Source: Camelus dromedarius (lineage: Eukaryota). From it: a stretch of DNA of 64,000 bases. Shown one piece after another: positions 14,068 through 27,760 of the stretch. The stretch spans positions 94,490,001 to 94,554,000 of the forward strand of contig NC_087436.1 of the NCBI RefSeq assembly GCF_036321535.1, written 5' to 3'. How positions within the stretch are numbered: the stretch's first letter is position 1; each line of letters opens with the position of its first letter. The notes beneath the pieces were generated by a model that made no database searches, was not told the origin of the DNA, and was given only the letters and a program-made list of their open reading frames with translations. Made by a program: the position numbers and the translations under genes.

Positions 14068-14475
14068 AATGGACCTGGAGATCATCATTCTAAGTAAAGT
14101 AAGCCAGAAAGAAAAAGAAAAATACCATATGATATCACTTATATGTGGAATCTTAAAAAAGGCACAAATGAACTTGTTTACAAAATAGAAACAGACTCAC
14201 AGATACAGAAAGCAAACTTATGGTTACCGGTGGGGAGGGGTTGGGAAGGGAAAAATTGGGAGTTTGAGATTTGCAGATACTAATTATTGTATATAAAATG
14301 TATAAACAAGTTTATACTGTATAGCACAGGGAACTAGGTTCAATATCTTGTAGTAACCCATAATAAACCCATATGAAAACTAATATGTATGTATACATAT
14401 GACTAAAACATGCTATATACCAGAAATTGACACAACATTGTAAACTGACTGTACTTCAATAAAAATAAAATAATT
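14068..14475 (+). mobile_element. 5'-truncated artiodactyl-type L1 3' end
   Basis: atggacctggagatcatcattctaagt...gatatcacttatatgtggaatct...cttcaataaaaataaaa tail. Confidence 0.85.
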
Positions 14476-16139
14476 TTCAAAAAGAATATGATTTTTAGAT
14501 ACTAATATTAATAAGCAAAAGTTACCACAGAATTTAGAACTTGTGATTAATATATCTTCCTAATTATTGTATGTTCATCTTTTTCTAACTGGGTTATAAA
14601 TTCAGTAAGCTACTACCTTCATTTTCCACCCAAGAATTGGATAATCAAGTAATGTGCTTAATATTTATTTGTTGCCATGGTGCTCTTATCACTCCCTCTA
14701 GATTACTTCCCCTCTCCTCTTAAGAATGAAATACACTTTGATATTTTCACTTTGGCGTCTTAAAGGGATTGCCTTAGGATCAACATTGTGCTGAGCTTAT
14801 ATTTAGACATAAAATGTGGGACATGTCTTTTGGAGGAAGAACACATTGCTGAAAGCTATTGAATCACACTTTCAAGGTGTATATGTAAATAGTTCAGAGT
14901 ATTTCCAAATCAAACCAGTTTTTCCTCACAGGGTAATAATACTAAGAGAACTCATGACTTTAAATTTGTGAGCCAGTAATTTAAATTTGAGAAATAATTC
15001 GATATTTATTGTATGTTGTTTTCATTGCAGCACTGTACTGGCTAATGTGAAAGAATTGCCACAGACAGTCCTTACTCTCTTAAGGAGTTTATACTCTAGA
15101 AATGATAATCTTTATATTTGTATATTATAGAAAAAATCATTGACAGAGTAGGATAAATTTATTTGTGAGTCTTTCAAGGTAGGAAAACCTATACAATTTT
15201 TTAAGGTAAAGATTTATTCTTAAAGGAATTCTATCCCAAAAGAAGCAGTGGAAGAGTTAACTTTGGACACAAGGAATAAAACCTCTTGTTGTTAAGACTA
15301 ATGGGGAAGGAATGAGAGAATCACTGAAAAGCAGAGAAGCACAACACTGCAGACCTCAGTAATAACCCTGATGACATCACTGGATTATAGCACACTAGAA
15401 AGGTTAAAGTTGACTTATGTATCACCATTTCATTAGGCTAATTAATAATACACTTAACAACAATTTGATCAACATGGTATCTTCCTTTGTTGCCTACTAG
15501 TGTTACAAGAACTATTACCCTGGTAAATTGGTTTGAAAGACAGACTTAAACAGTGCTCAGTCAAGGAGGCTATTTGGGCATGAAAATACCTCTCATAATT
15601 CTAAATCTGCATGGAGAGAAATGTGGCATGTTCATAAATATCAAATTAAACTTATACTGACTAGCATATGTTCCAGTTTTTTGATTGAGGTGCATGACCT
15701 GGGGTCTGGGGTATTGCTCTTAATGTCTAGCCTCCCATTAGTATAAGAGGACCCTTTGTCACACTGCATATGGTATCAGTGACCTTATAATCTATAAAAT
15801 AGTATTGCATTAAATGTATGACAAGTATCTTTCCTTAAATTTTTTGTTTTGCCTGTGGATTTTCTTCTGATTTAAAAAAAATATGTAATAAGTTCATTGC
15901 AAAAAGCTGAAACTTTAGAAAGGAAAAAGGAAAAGAAAGTCACTATTAACATTTTGATATATAATTTTATGAATATTCTATTTACTTGATTATATGCCAA
16001 TTTTTTAATAAGTTGATACAAACATGCCATTTTCTTCATTCTACTAAATGTTTTCCCATATCATCAACACTTAATGCATTATAACTGTATTATGTATTTC
16101 CATATTGTCCTATAGAAAGATTGTTTTACTTTTAATCTT

Positions 16140-16385
16140 CAGTGTCTGTGTGGTTAAGTGCATAGATTTGGAACAGAAATGTTTGCCTTCAAATCCCAAC
16201 TTCACCATTTCCTAGCTCTGTCACCTTAAGAAATTTAAATGAATATGTTTGTGCTTTAGTTTTCTCATCCACTTAATGACTATAATAATAGTTTTCTTTG
16301 GGCTATTTTGAGGATTAATTTAATAAATTCATGTTAAAAAAAACAGAACAGTGCTTGGCACAAGTACTTAATAATTGTTAAATGT
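16140..16385 (+). mobile_element. MIR SINE
   Basis: gtggttaag...ttcaaatccc...gtttctcatc...gtgcttggcaca core motifs; similar MIRs near 850, 2970, 6730, 21590, 23680, 36390, 45450 and 63600. Confidence 0.7.
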
Positions 16386-16884
16386 TTTATTACTTTTCTA
16401 TCTATGTGTCTGTATCCTTTCATTCTCCCTTTTACTGGTATGCTCATTTCAGTTTTTAAGTAAAAATTGGCCTTTTGCTCCTCCCTACCCCACCCCCCAC
16501 CATGGCTGCTTTAAAATAACTGAAGGGGATTGTGAAAGGGAAGTAGGAAATTTAGGAATCTTCTTAGAAGGTAACTGTAAAATTATGGTATGGGTCAAAT
16601 TTTAGGTTATAAATTAAGGGTGGCTTGTTTATTTCTCCATATTCATGCAGTGGCTTTAAAGTGAAAATTATCTCCTGGAGTAGCCTTTTTTGAGGCATTG
16701 TTATTTCTTGGATTTTACTTGGTGACAGAGAAGGAGCTTTAAATCTTTCTATAGATCAGGTAATTTTTAAAAGAGGCTTTCTACCAGCATACATCCAAAT
16801 GGTTTCTGGAGATGAAGTAGGAGACAACGAAAAGAACTACTTGTGGTTAATGGGCTTTTTAAAAACTATGATATTTTTTTCCAG

Positions 16885-17008
16885 GACCTTAATTCCCATT
16901 TTACATCAGAAAGCAAAGAGAGGTACTCCACACCAAGCAAAACAGGCCGTTCACTGTATACATGCCATATTCACAAATAAAGAAGTCCAGCTTGCACAGA
17001 TTTTTGAG
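16885..17008 (+). CDS. PDS5A: PDS5A exon ([42 protein letters not shown])
   Basis: tttccag| acceptor and GAG|gtatgt donor; 124 nt. Confidence 0.95.
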
Positions 17009-17823
17009 GTATGTGTAACTATAGGATGTGTTTTAGTTGATTCTTATTTTTATGCTCTATAGTTTGATAAAGATAGAAGGTAGTTTTTTTTAGCTTTTTA
17101 GTCCCACTCTAGAAAATAAATTCCATGGGAGCAGGGACTCTCTTTTATTCAGCACTTTAAATAGTCCCATACTTTAGATGGGATTATTTGTTCAGATACT
17201 ACATACTGAAAGATGTTTTGTGTGTTTGTGTTACATTTTACTTAATGTCAGCTTATTGGCTCAGTGGTCCTATTAGCCTCAGAAATTATTAGTAGATGAC
17301 TTTAAATCACCCAGCTTAAAGTGCCTGACAACCCTACTTGAAAATTAGTTCTGTTTGCCTTTCCTTATGTATGATCCATGGCCTGATTCCACTACTAGAA
17401 AAGTATTCCTATTACCATAAATTGGATGCAGTATGAATGGAACCCAGTAAACTCTTATTTTTAATGATCCATGATCATTTAAAATGTCCCCACAGGATAA
17501 GAAATCCACCAACATAACAAACCTATTGCACATGACTTGAAAATAATGCTGATTTGACAGTGCAGAAATATTCTTGCATTGTACCTTTTATGTGGGCCTT
17601 TTTTTTTTCTTTTATCATTCTGTATTCTTTCAATCATATTAAATTTCAGAATGTAGAATAAGAATCAAGTGTTTAGTACGGCTGAAGTTACTTTTGATCA
17701 TCTCATTAGAACAGATTTGTTTTGGCGTGATAAATTCAGGGACTTAGGAACATGTACTGTTTCCGTAAAATGTCTAGATATTTATAGAACAGAATGGTAA
17801 TTTTGACTGTTTTATTTTTATAG

Positions 17824-17982
17824 CCACTCAGCAGGAGTCTGAATGCTGATGTACCAGAACAACTTATAACTCCATTAGTTTCACTGGGCCACATTTCCAT
17901 GTTAGCACCAGATCAATTTGCTTCCCCAATGAAATCTGTAGTAGCAAATTTTATTGTGAAAGATCTGCTAATGAATGACAGG
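17824..17982 (+). CDS. PDS5A: PDS5A exon ([53 protein letters not shown])
   Basis: tttatag| acceptor and AGG|gtaagt donor; 159 nt. Confidence 0.95.
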
Positions 17983-19067
17983 GTAAGTTTCTCATTTAAT
18001 TAAATTTAGAATCATGAGATTAAGATGGTTTGCATTTTTGTCACAGAAACAGCATTTCTGCTTCTCTCTCTATATAATTCTCTTTTACTTTTAAGTTATT
18101 ATATATTTTCCCTCCTTATTTAAATTTCCAAATGACATTCTGACTTCTGTGTAGCTATTAGTAGAACTTAATATTTAAGAAAGAAAAACATGAGAACATG
18201 AGATGGATGAATCATGAAGTGAAAAGTGTAAGTCAGATGCTGTTATCCTAATATTTGAAGGACAATTTACTGGAGTGCTTTTTGTTTTATCAAACATCGT
18301 TTAAAATATAACTGGAATTGTATTTGACTAGCTTCTTGAAATGTAATTAATTACATTGCACTTTTGGGACTAGAGTTAATGTATTGTTTTAGTTATTGAA
18401 AGATGCGCATGTAAGAGAGAGCAAGCACGCACCCTGATTTATTCACCTTTGGGTTACAGCTTAGGGATGTCTAGCTTGAAAAGGCTCCCTGAGTGATTTC
18501 TGAATCATACATCTGATTGAAATCACCACTTTACCAAATGGATCTAAATAAAAGAGTTAATTGAATGAAGACACAAATTGGTGTTACCTGCTGGACAATT
18601 GTGGATGACTTTCAATGCAGTACTAACTACCCAGGTTACCTAGTCCTTCTACATGGTTCAATAGTCTTTGAACCCTCAATATCTGAACTTAAAAAGAAAG
18701 ATACTTGCCAGTGCACTCCTTCCTCTTTTCCCTCTCCCTGTTTGGACGAGATAGACAAGGATGGAAGAGTTTGGCCAAAGTCTCATTTCCCATTGCATGC
18801 ATTCATGCTTTTCTCTGCACTGTTGATGGATGTGGCCGGCGGGCAACAAATGTAAAATTTAAGACATCTCTTAAGTGATGACTTGATTGTTGATAAATTC
18901 TGTTTTAAGATGGTTCTCTCCTTTGTGTGTGGTAAAATATACATAATATAAACTTTGCCATTTTTACCACTTTTAAGTGTGCAGTTCACTCACATTATAT
19001 ACACCCATGTTCTTGGTTTTGTTGTTGGGCATTTTTTGTTTTGTTTTGTTTATTAAAAGCCAACAGG

Positions 19068-19209
19068 TGCTCGCTCTCTCTTGCCTTCCGAGATGACCCG
19101 CACTCTATGGAGAATGTGTCTACCTTTAACCTCCCCACCACCCCCACCGTCCCCGTGTACATCTCTCTAAATAAATCTACTTTTACTAAAAAAAAAAAAA
19201 AAGAAAAGA
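19068..19209 (+). mobile_element. Poly(A)-tailed retrocopy of an LTR-like 3' end
   Basis: AATAAA at 19170, poly(A) from 19188, flanking TSD-like aaaagccaacagg / aaaagcaaacaag. Confidence 0.55.
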
Positions 19210-19570
19210 AAAAGCAAACAAGTTTACTAACATGTACCTCCTAAATACACAGGGGATAACACAGGAAAGCTGAGTAACTCTCCAAAATGGCCCAAGCTAC
19301 CACCTAAAATAAACAGCCACGTTGTTGTGTAACCACTACCCCTATTTCCAGAATTTTATCATCTTAGATGGAGACTGTATCCATTAACCAGTAACTCCTC
19401 ATTGCCTCCTCCCCCCAGCCTCTGGTAACCTCTCTTGTTCTTTCCTGCACCATGAATTTGCCTATTTTGGATACCTCTTATCATATAGTATTTATCCTTT
19501 TGTGTCTGACATATTTCACTTGGCATAATGGTTTCAAGGTTCATCTATATTATAGTATGTATCAGAACAT

Positions 19571-19693
19571 TTTTGCGGGGGATGGGTAATTAGGTTACTT
19601 ATTTGTTTATTTTTAGAGGAGGTACTGGGGATCGAACCCAGGACCTTGTATATGCTAAGCATGCGCTCTACCACTTGAACTATACCGTCCTCC
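19571..19693 (-). mobile_element. vic-1-type camelid tRNA-derived SINE
   Basis: Reverse complement reads gtatagttcaagtggtagagcgcatgcttagcat...ggttcgatccccagtacctcc, with A and B boxes. Confidence 0.85.
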
Positions 19694-20690
19694 GAAGAAC
19701 TTCATTTTATGCCAGAATAATATTCTGTTGTATGGACAGTTGGGTTTTTTCCACCTTTTGACTATTGTCAATAATGCTGATCTGAACATTTGAGTCATTG
19801 TTTTCAAATTCTTATGTTATATACCTAGGAGTGGAATTGCTGGGTTACATGGTCATTCTATTTTGAACTTTTTGAGGGACTGCCAAACTGTTTTCCGAAG
19901 TGGCTGTACCATTTTACATTCCTAGAAGCAATGCACAAGGCTTCCAGTTTCTCCACATCTTGGTCAACACCTACTCTTTCCTGTTTTGTTGATAGTCATC
20001 CCAGTAGGTGTAAAGAAGTATCTTGTGGTTTTGATTTGTTTCCCTAATGACTAATGATGTTGAGAATTTTTTTCATGTGCTTATTGGCCGTTTGTTTATC
20101 TTCTTTGGATATTGAGTCCTTTGCCCACTTTTAATTGTTTGTTGTTGAGTTGTAAGAATTCTTTATATATTCTGAGTCTTATACCTTTGTCAGACATTTG
20201 CCAAATCCAAGATCATGAAGTTTTTTCCCTACATCATGTTCTAAGAGTTTTATAGTTTTAGCTTTTAAATTAAGATCTTTGATCCATTTTTTAAGTTAAT
20301 TTTTGTATATGATATGAGATAATAGTCCAGCTTTAATTCCTTTGCATGTGGCTGTATCTACTTTTTTCCAGCACCATTTGTTGTAGAGACTGTTCCCAAT
20401 AATTGGTCTCAGCATTCTTGTTAAAAACCAATTGGCCATATGCGTGAGAGATTTCTGGGTTCTCTGTTTCGTTCCATTGGTCGTTATGTCAGTACTGACC
20501 ACACTGTCTTGATTACTATAGATTTGTAGTAAGTTTCAAACTCAAGAAGTTTGAGCCCTCCAGCTTTGTTCTTTTCCAGTCACTACTTGGTCCATTTCCT
20601 GTGAGTATCCTGGAGCACTGCATTGTTCAGCATGAAAAACTTAACGAGCAAAATTTTAAAATTTTTTCTAAAAGTAAAATCTGTCTGTAG

Positions 20691-20759
20691 TCAACAGGTG
20701 AAAAGAATGGAAAATTATGGTCTCCAGATGAAGAGGTTTCCCCTGAAGTACTAGCAAAG
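20691..20759 (+). CDS. PDS5A: PDS5A exon (STGEKNGKLWSPDEEVSPEVLAK)
   Basis: tctgtag| acceptor and AAG|gtaaat donor; 69 nt. Confidence 0.93.
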
Positions 20760-21894
20760 GTAAATTTGTGTAGGTCTTGATAACTTTTATGTTTAAATAA
20801 TGAACATTTATAGATATCTTTTTTTAACCTAACAGCTAATAAGCATTTTTAAATCAGGTGCTTTAAAAGTTGTATGTTACTCAAATTTTAGTTGTTATTG
20901 AGTTATTTTTATATATGTATGTCAGAATGTTCTGTAGACCTGCCTGCCTGCTAAGACAGTTGCAGTGAGGCTGTTTTACACAGAGATTGTTGTAGAATGT
21001 TGATGCTCAGAAGCATCTCAAGTCTAGTCTCATTACCACTGTTGCTCTACAAGCATATAAATATTAACTTGTCAAAAACAGATGGTTGTCATCGAATTGG
21101 TAACTTTTGATAGATTTAAATTGTACTCTGGTAAAATTAATTTTTAAAGTGGTAGTCTTGGGATTTAAAACAAAATTTATTCATTATCATTTTACTTGAT
21201 AATCTGTTTCACCTTGAGTAACTTCATAGTCATCATATATTCTATCAATTCCTTTTTTCAGGTTGTCAATAAATATGATAAATACTACCTAGATCCTTAG
21301 CTAGTTCTTTCATGTATATTGGTAACAAGCTTTTGAGTATAAACCGCCAAGTAACTATGACTATGAATAATTACAGAATCTCCTAGTTTTGTTTTTAAAT
21401 CAGAATGTTAAGTGAGACTGAATCAGACTTAATGGTTTCTTCAAAATAGTTTTTCAGTACTATAAAAAATACTAAAGTCTATCTAAATAGTTATTTTTAA
21501 TCACTAAAATTAGTATAGTTTAAATAATTTTTAAGCAATATATTTTTAAATAAGTTGAAAATATTGGACAAGTGTCCAAGTGTGAAAAGTCTGAGTTTGG
21601 GAGTCAGGCCTTGGGCAAGTCATCTATCATAGTAATGTGTCTAAATTGCCTTATTTATTGGAAATAAGAAAACCTCACTCAGAGAGTTGTTTGGGAGAGT
21701 AAATAAAGTAATACATTTACAGCTCTGGGGAAGGTACCTGGTGCAGATTAAACAGAATAAATATTGTTTATTTATTTGTTTACTAAAATATGTCTGCTGG
21801 CAGGTAATTCACAAATCTAACTAACATAAACCAATTTTCCCTTTAAGTGGAATTTTAAGTTGCTTTCTTTTTTTAGCATGTTAATATTTTATAG

Positions 21895-22031
21895 GTACAG
21901 GCAATTAAACTTCTGGTAAGATGGCTGTTGGGTATGAAAAACAACCAGTCCAAATCTGCCAATTCAACTCTTCGGTTATTATCAGCGATGTTGGTTAGTG
22001 AGGGTGACCTGACAGAGCAAAAGAGGATCAG
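21895..22031 (+). CDS. PDS5A: PDS5A exon ([45 protein letters not shown])
   Basis: tttatag| acceptor and AG|gtgaga donor; 137 nt. Confidence 0.95.
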
Positions 22032-22100
22032 GTGAGATTTTTCTCCCTTTTCAGTTTTTTTACGCTCAAGATCTTATTTAAGCTTACATAGGATTAACTA

Positions 22101-22139
22101 ATTTTTTTTCATTGAAGTATAGTCAGTTTGCAATGTTGT
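22101..22139 (-). mobile_element. Very short L1 tail insertion
   Basis: ttttcattgaagtatagtcagttt, flanked by ggattaacta / ggattaatta TSD. Confidence 0.6.
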
Positions 22140-22629
22140 GGATTAATTATTGTTGACTGTTGTAACTGCACTATGTGCTTTGCATTCAATTTTTATGTAC
22201 TCATTTGGGGTTTATATCTCAATAACGATGGTATATTTTTCTTCATTCCTAGAGACTTCTTTTTCCAGTAAATTTTTAGTCATAATCACTATAGCAATGT
22301 TACAGTTAGCTTCAACATTTTGTTCAATTAAATAAGTATTTGTTGAATTACTACTCTTTATGAAACACTATGAAAAGCATTGCAGCAAAAACAAGTAAAA
22401 TTCAGTTCCTGTCTTTAAGGAACTTACCCTATAGTGTGGTGACTGAACAAGTAAAGTAACTTGGTGCCATGAAAGGAATACAAATTTTAGTATAGGTTCA
22501 AAGAAGGAAGAGTTGCAGCCTTCCTATGGTTTGCTGAAGAGTATTCAAAGTTCTGCAGATGCAAAAAAAAAAAAGTTTCCATTTCTGCACATTTTCACTC
22601 TTCAAATCTGTGAAATCACCGTCTCTTCT

Positions 22630-22752
22630 TTTTAGAGGGAGGGGGAGTGGATAGTTAGGTTTATTTATTTATTTTTAATGGAGGTACTGGGATTGAACCC
22701 AGGACTTTGTGCATGCTAAGCACACACTCTACTACTGAGCTATACCACCCCC
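22630..22752 (-). mobile_element. vic-1-type SINE
   Basis: gaggtactgggattgaacccagg...catgctaagc...ctgagctatac. Confidence 0.85.
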
Positions 22753-24310
22753 ACACTATCCTTCTTTCTCTTCCTTTTAAGATGAAAATAAAAGCCAAAT
22801 TTTCATTAACCTTGTCTCTTTCAAATTCTTGATTTACTAGGGTCCAGGAAAAATAACTGAAAAATTCTACTTGTGTTGCATTCTTACTTTAGAATTTGTG
22901 TTAGAGGATAGGCTTACTGTTCATTTATACATTCAGCATTTATTGAGCACGATCATTCCAAGTACTGCTAAGTTTTTTTTAAAGGTACAATTACTTCTCC
23001 CTCTAAGGAATATAGATTCTAGTGGAAGAGATAAGATATTGCACAGTTACAATAGAGATGCTGAATGCTTTGATAAACTGAAGAAAATGATGAAAAGTTA
23101 TTTTTATCATAGAGTAAGCCAAGAGTAGCTTTGCATGAACAGACTGAAGATTGGAGATAGTAAGAAGTTCTAAGTTTGGGGAAATTATGTACCGTGTATA
23201 GCAGAGGCTTAATAATGAGTTCTTATACATCAGTGACAAATAGTCAGGATCCCCAATAGAGCTGAAGATTATATATTACCAATTTTATCTTTTAAAAAAA
23301 TGTTCAGCATCACTAAATACAATAAATACAATTTTAACTTAAGTGATATCTCTTGCCTGTTAAATCAACAAATAAAATTTTTTTAAGCAACCATTGCTCC
23401 ATGAGATCAGGGAAATGGGTTCCCTCATTACTTGTGTGAATATAAATTGGCACAGTCTTGGCAGAACAGTTTGACGTTTTGTGTCTAAATCCTTAAAAAT
23501 GTTATCCTTTGACTCTTTATTACACTCATGAAAAAAGAATCATCCAAAACTATACACACAAACATGCCCTGTGCAGCATTTTTTATCATCACAAAAAACA
23601 GAAATGGTTAACTGTGGAACATACATACCACGAAATTATTAGGCAGGTCTTAAACAGATATTACATATCCTGTGGTTCACCTTGGGCTTTGGAATCAGAA
23701 ACTTTATTCAACTCTATACTCCATTGCTAGCTGTTTTAACTTGTATAAATCACTTTTCTAAGCCTCAGTTTCCTCATGTTACAGAGTGAAAATTAGTGTT
23801 TCATACACTGCCTAGCATAGATTAAGCACCCAAATAGTAGCTATTAATTTTTTTAATTCCTGAATCATTTGCCTCAGAAGCCATTTGAGGGTCCCTCATT
23901 GTTACCAGTGCTCAGTTTGGTAGTCGTGTGGTCCAAGAGTGCCATGTTTTCTCCTCTAGTATGCTAAATAATAGTCACTTGTGGATTCAGGCCAAGTTTT
24001 CCACATTTCCTGAAGTTTTCAAAATATGAAAGCTATGCTGTGTTCCACATAGAAGTGAAAGTAAGAAGAATGTCTTTTCACCATATCATTGTCACATTTT
24101 ACCATTTAGATGATAAAAGTCCACTCTGTGGGGGTGGGAGTGCCTGGACCTGCTAGGTTCCCTCAAAATACTTGATGCTACAAAGCAAAGTCTCCTCCCA
24201 GAGACTAGTACCTGAGAGACACTGCCTCCCCTTTTCTGGTGCAAATTAACTCCTAATTCCTAGCCCCTCCATTTCATCAGACCTGTGTAGACTTAAGCTC
24301 TGTTTCTATC

Positions 24311-24332
24311 GTGTGTGTGTGTGTGTGTGTGT
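24311..24332. repeat. (GT)n microsatellite
   Basis: About 11 GT units. Confidence 0.9.
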
Positions 24333-24567
24333 ACACTTAAAAATTGTAGGAAATAGATTTTAACTGATAGGTGATTTTTAATTTTTCACAATTTTTCAAT
24401 ATCAAATTTTCTACAGTGAATGAATTTTCTCTTAAAATGAAGAATACAGTTCGTAATGTAAGTGGTTTTTGGTAGCATTGCAGTTAGTGCCATTGTGAGT
24501 GTAAGCAGAGTTGCTTGGCTGTGGTGGAGAATCTAAGCTACAGCATAACTAAAAATGAAGGCAAACA

Positions 24568-24965
24568 TAAAAGAGAATGAAATGTTGCCATTTGGAACAA
24601 CGTGGATGAACCTGGAGGGTATTATGCTTTGTGAAATAGGTCAGACAGAGAAAGACAAATAGTGTATGTTATCACTTATATGTGGAATCTGAAAAAATAA
24701 ACTAGTGACTATAACAGAAAAGAAACAGACTCACAGATGTAGAGAACAAACTAGTAAAGGAGCAAGATAGGGGTAGGGGATTAAGAGGTACAGACTACTT
24801 TGTATAAAGTAAATAAGCTATAAGGATATACTGTACAGTGTAGAAAATATAGCCAATATTTTATAGTAACTATAACTGGAGTATAACCTTAAAAATTTTT
24901 TGAATCACTGTTGTACACCTGAAATTAATATATAGTAAATCTATACCTCAATAAAATAAACAAAT
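24568..24965 (+). mobile_element. 5'-truncated L1 3' end
   Basis: aatgaaatgttgccattt...cacttatatgtggaatct...cctcaataaaataaa. Confidence 0.8.
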
Positions 24966-25185
24966 TTTTTTTTTAATAAAGGCAGATAAATTTAATATCA
25001 GATAGTCAATGACTGGAGCCTTTTTCCCTGTGTTGAGTTCAAGATTCAAAGTAACTTTCCATATTTGTACATTATGTCATTTTAAGCTTAAATTATGCTA
25101 AAGCTCTTAACTGTCAAAAAGGAATTGAAGCATTTTATGAATAATAGTTATAGGAAATGTTTATTTCTTTTTTGTTTGTTTATAG

Positions 25186-25309
25186 TAAATCTGATATGTC
25201 TCGCTTGCGATTAGCTGCTGGTAGTGCCATAATGAAGCTTGCTCAGGAACCTTGTTACCATGAAATTATAACCCCAGAACAGTTTCAGCTCTGTGCACTT
25301 GTTATCAAT
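25186..25309 (+). CDS. PDS5A: PDS5A exon ([42 protein letters not shown])
   Basis: tttatag| acceptor and AAT|gtaagt donor; 124 nt. Confidence 0.95.
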
Positions 25310-25630
25310 GTAAGTAACAATCTTATTTTTCTTAATTACTTGGCCTTCGAAGTTAAATTAATTTACTTTCTATGGATTATAGATCCATTTACTGTATGGA
25401 TTTGTGCACAAAAGAGGTTTATTACTACTGTAACTAGCTATCCCCCAAATATTAAGCTATTTACTCCTTCAGTGTAATTATCTTTTTTTAAAATGAAGAC
25501 ATTAAAAATGCGTAAACTTCTCTTTTGTAAATGTTTGCCAATTTTCAAAAAACTAAACTAGGAGTTTTTGACATGGTTTTGAAAGTACTAATATTTTTAT
25601 GTAAGTATTTTTGATTTTGTGCTGCTGTAG

Positions 25631-25835
25631 GATGAGTGCTATCAAGTAAGGCAGATATTTGCTCAGAAGCTACATAAGGCACTTGTGAAGTTACTGCTCC
25701 CATTGGAGTATATGGCGATCTTTGCCTTGTGTGCCAAAGATCCTGTGAAGGAGAGAAGAGCACATGCACGACAGTGTTTGCTTAAAAATATCAGCATACG
25801 CAGGGAGTACATTAAACAGAACCCCATGGCTACTG
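25631..25835 (+). CDS. PDS5A: PDS5A exon ([31 protein letters not shown]...[11 protein letters not shown])
   Basis: ctgtag| acceptor and G|gtaagt donor; 205 nt. Confidence 0.95.
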
Positions 25836-26332
25836 GTAAGTAACTTGGAAAATTCCCAAAGTGCAAATATATCTTCTCAATGTACTGATTTGTAGGGGGT
25901 TTTATTTCATATATTTCTATTGTAGTTTTATGATAGCACTGGAATTTTCATACTATGCTGTTGTAATTAAGATGTACTTAAAATCTTAAATCCTTATTTC
26001 TGAGTCCTATTTACAATGCATAAAACTATTAGGATGAACTGCATTTTTTTTTACAGTCATTAGTGTGGCTTGATTTGAACACATTGCTCTGATGTTGGGC
26101 AGTAATGAATTATTTTCCTGGCTTTACCAGGAACCCACTGTATAATCTTAAGTTATTCTTTGTCTTTAGTAGCCTTCAAAATTGAGAAAAGTATTTCAGT
26201 ATCATCTAGGTAACATGTTGCCTCAAATTTAGAAATAACCAAAAGGAAACATGTTAACTGAAGTAGTTAGAATGTTAGGAAAGATAATTATAAAAACTAT
26301 TATCACTATTGTTAATAATTTTTTCACTTTAG

Positions 26333-26447
26333 AGAAATTATTATCACTGTTGCCTGAATATGTAGTTCCATATATGATCCACCTGCTAGCCCATGATCCA
26401 GATTTTACAAGATCGCAAGATGTTGATCAGCTTCGTGATATTAAAGA
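26333..26447 (+). CDS. PDS5A: PDS5A exon ([38 protein letters not shown])
   Basis: actttag| acceptor and GA|gtaagt donor; 115 nt. Confidence 0.95.
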
Positions 26448-27184
26448 GTAAGTCATGTTGATTAAGACTTATAAAAATTATGTTTAGTCTTTAAAAGATG
26501 ATAATTTTTTTCCTGTTACTGTTTCCATTAGAATAAAACCCTTTTTGTGGTTTTGTTCTTTTATTGTAAATTTTAAGTTTCATCTTAAAGAATTGTTCCC
26601 ATCTAACAGGTTCTGTTTGATTTTGTTTGTTTCCTATTTGTTTGCAGTAAACTGTCTGAGTCTATGAGATAGACTGGTTTGCTTTTTATGTTATTTTTAC
26701 TGTTTGTATTAAGATAGGCTTCAGTTACTGAAGTTTGATAATTTAGAAAGCCATGTAGAGAAAACTTCTCTCCTTGAAAAGTTCAACTTTACTTTCAACT
26801 TCAAAAGATAATGCCTTAAAAATATGCGCACACAGGAGATATTCTGTGGCAGGACTATGGTAATACAAAATTCAATTTGTTACACTAGTCAGAAATTTGT
26901 CTCTAGTGGAAAGCCAGGCAAGTAAACAATTATAGAACACTTGTTTAAGAAGCATCTTTATGTAAAACAGAAATTTGTATATGATGCAGGGTGAGGGAAA
27001 GGGTTTGAGGTTGCCTAGAATTATCTACAAATGACCTCCAAAAAACTTTAAAACAATATTTATTTTCCCATTGCTATGCTTTTGCTTTGCATTTTTTTTT
27101 TAAGTTGTTCTAAGTAAAGTTAATATCTATTCTTTGTATGAAAATAGGCATTTCTGAGCTGGGATTTTTAAGCTTGGAGCCTTC

Positions 27185-27760
27185 ATGTTCTAATAGGCTC
27201 TAAGTGTTCTGAGCCAATGGGAAACCATTCCCTGGAGTAAGGGAGGGAAAGATCAGGTAAAGTTGGGGAGGAGTCATAGGGAGGAACTGAGCCCGAACTG
27301 TGCATTCTGTTTTCCCACGCCACCCCCATGTGAACTTCCCACCCTGTCACAGAGTGAACATCCCCCAAATGGCAGTCTCCTATACTGTCGTTCCCACTCT
27401 GTCCCACCCTCCATTCTTTGGGAGCTTATGGGTAAAGAGAGAATAAATGAGGAAGGTTGCTCTGAAGGGGAGGAGAGAGGGCCAGAAAGACTGAGCAGGG
27501 CATCCTTACTGAGCATTTTCCCAATGGCAGGTATGAGACAATCATCATTCTTTTAGCACATAGAGGGATCCTTAAATTAGGAAGCCCACCAAAGTGTGGG
27601 TACTTGCTGCAGGCTATGAAAGGATGACAGAGACAGAGAGATGAAATGAACAGCTACTTATTGCTCAGGAGGAGAAATGGAAGGAAAGTGCTCCAGCAGG
27701 GAAAGAAAGCACTTGAGCCAAGAGCTATCAGCCAGCACGGCTGGTAGAGACAGCTCCCTG
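27185..27760. mobile_element. Possible old LTR (GC-rich block)
   Basis: Abrupt GC-rich segment in an AT-rich intron; family not recognised. Confidence 0.3.

Larger units (their letters stand above)
18925..20580 (-). mobile_element. Old L1 (L1M-type) 3' region, interrupted by younger insertions
   Basis: Reverse-strand ORF2 remnants (NKWCW, MNLETIMPSEICQTQKDKY) and L1 3' tail. Confidence 0.8.
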
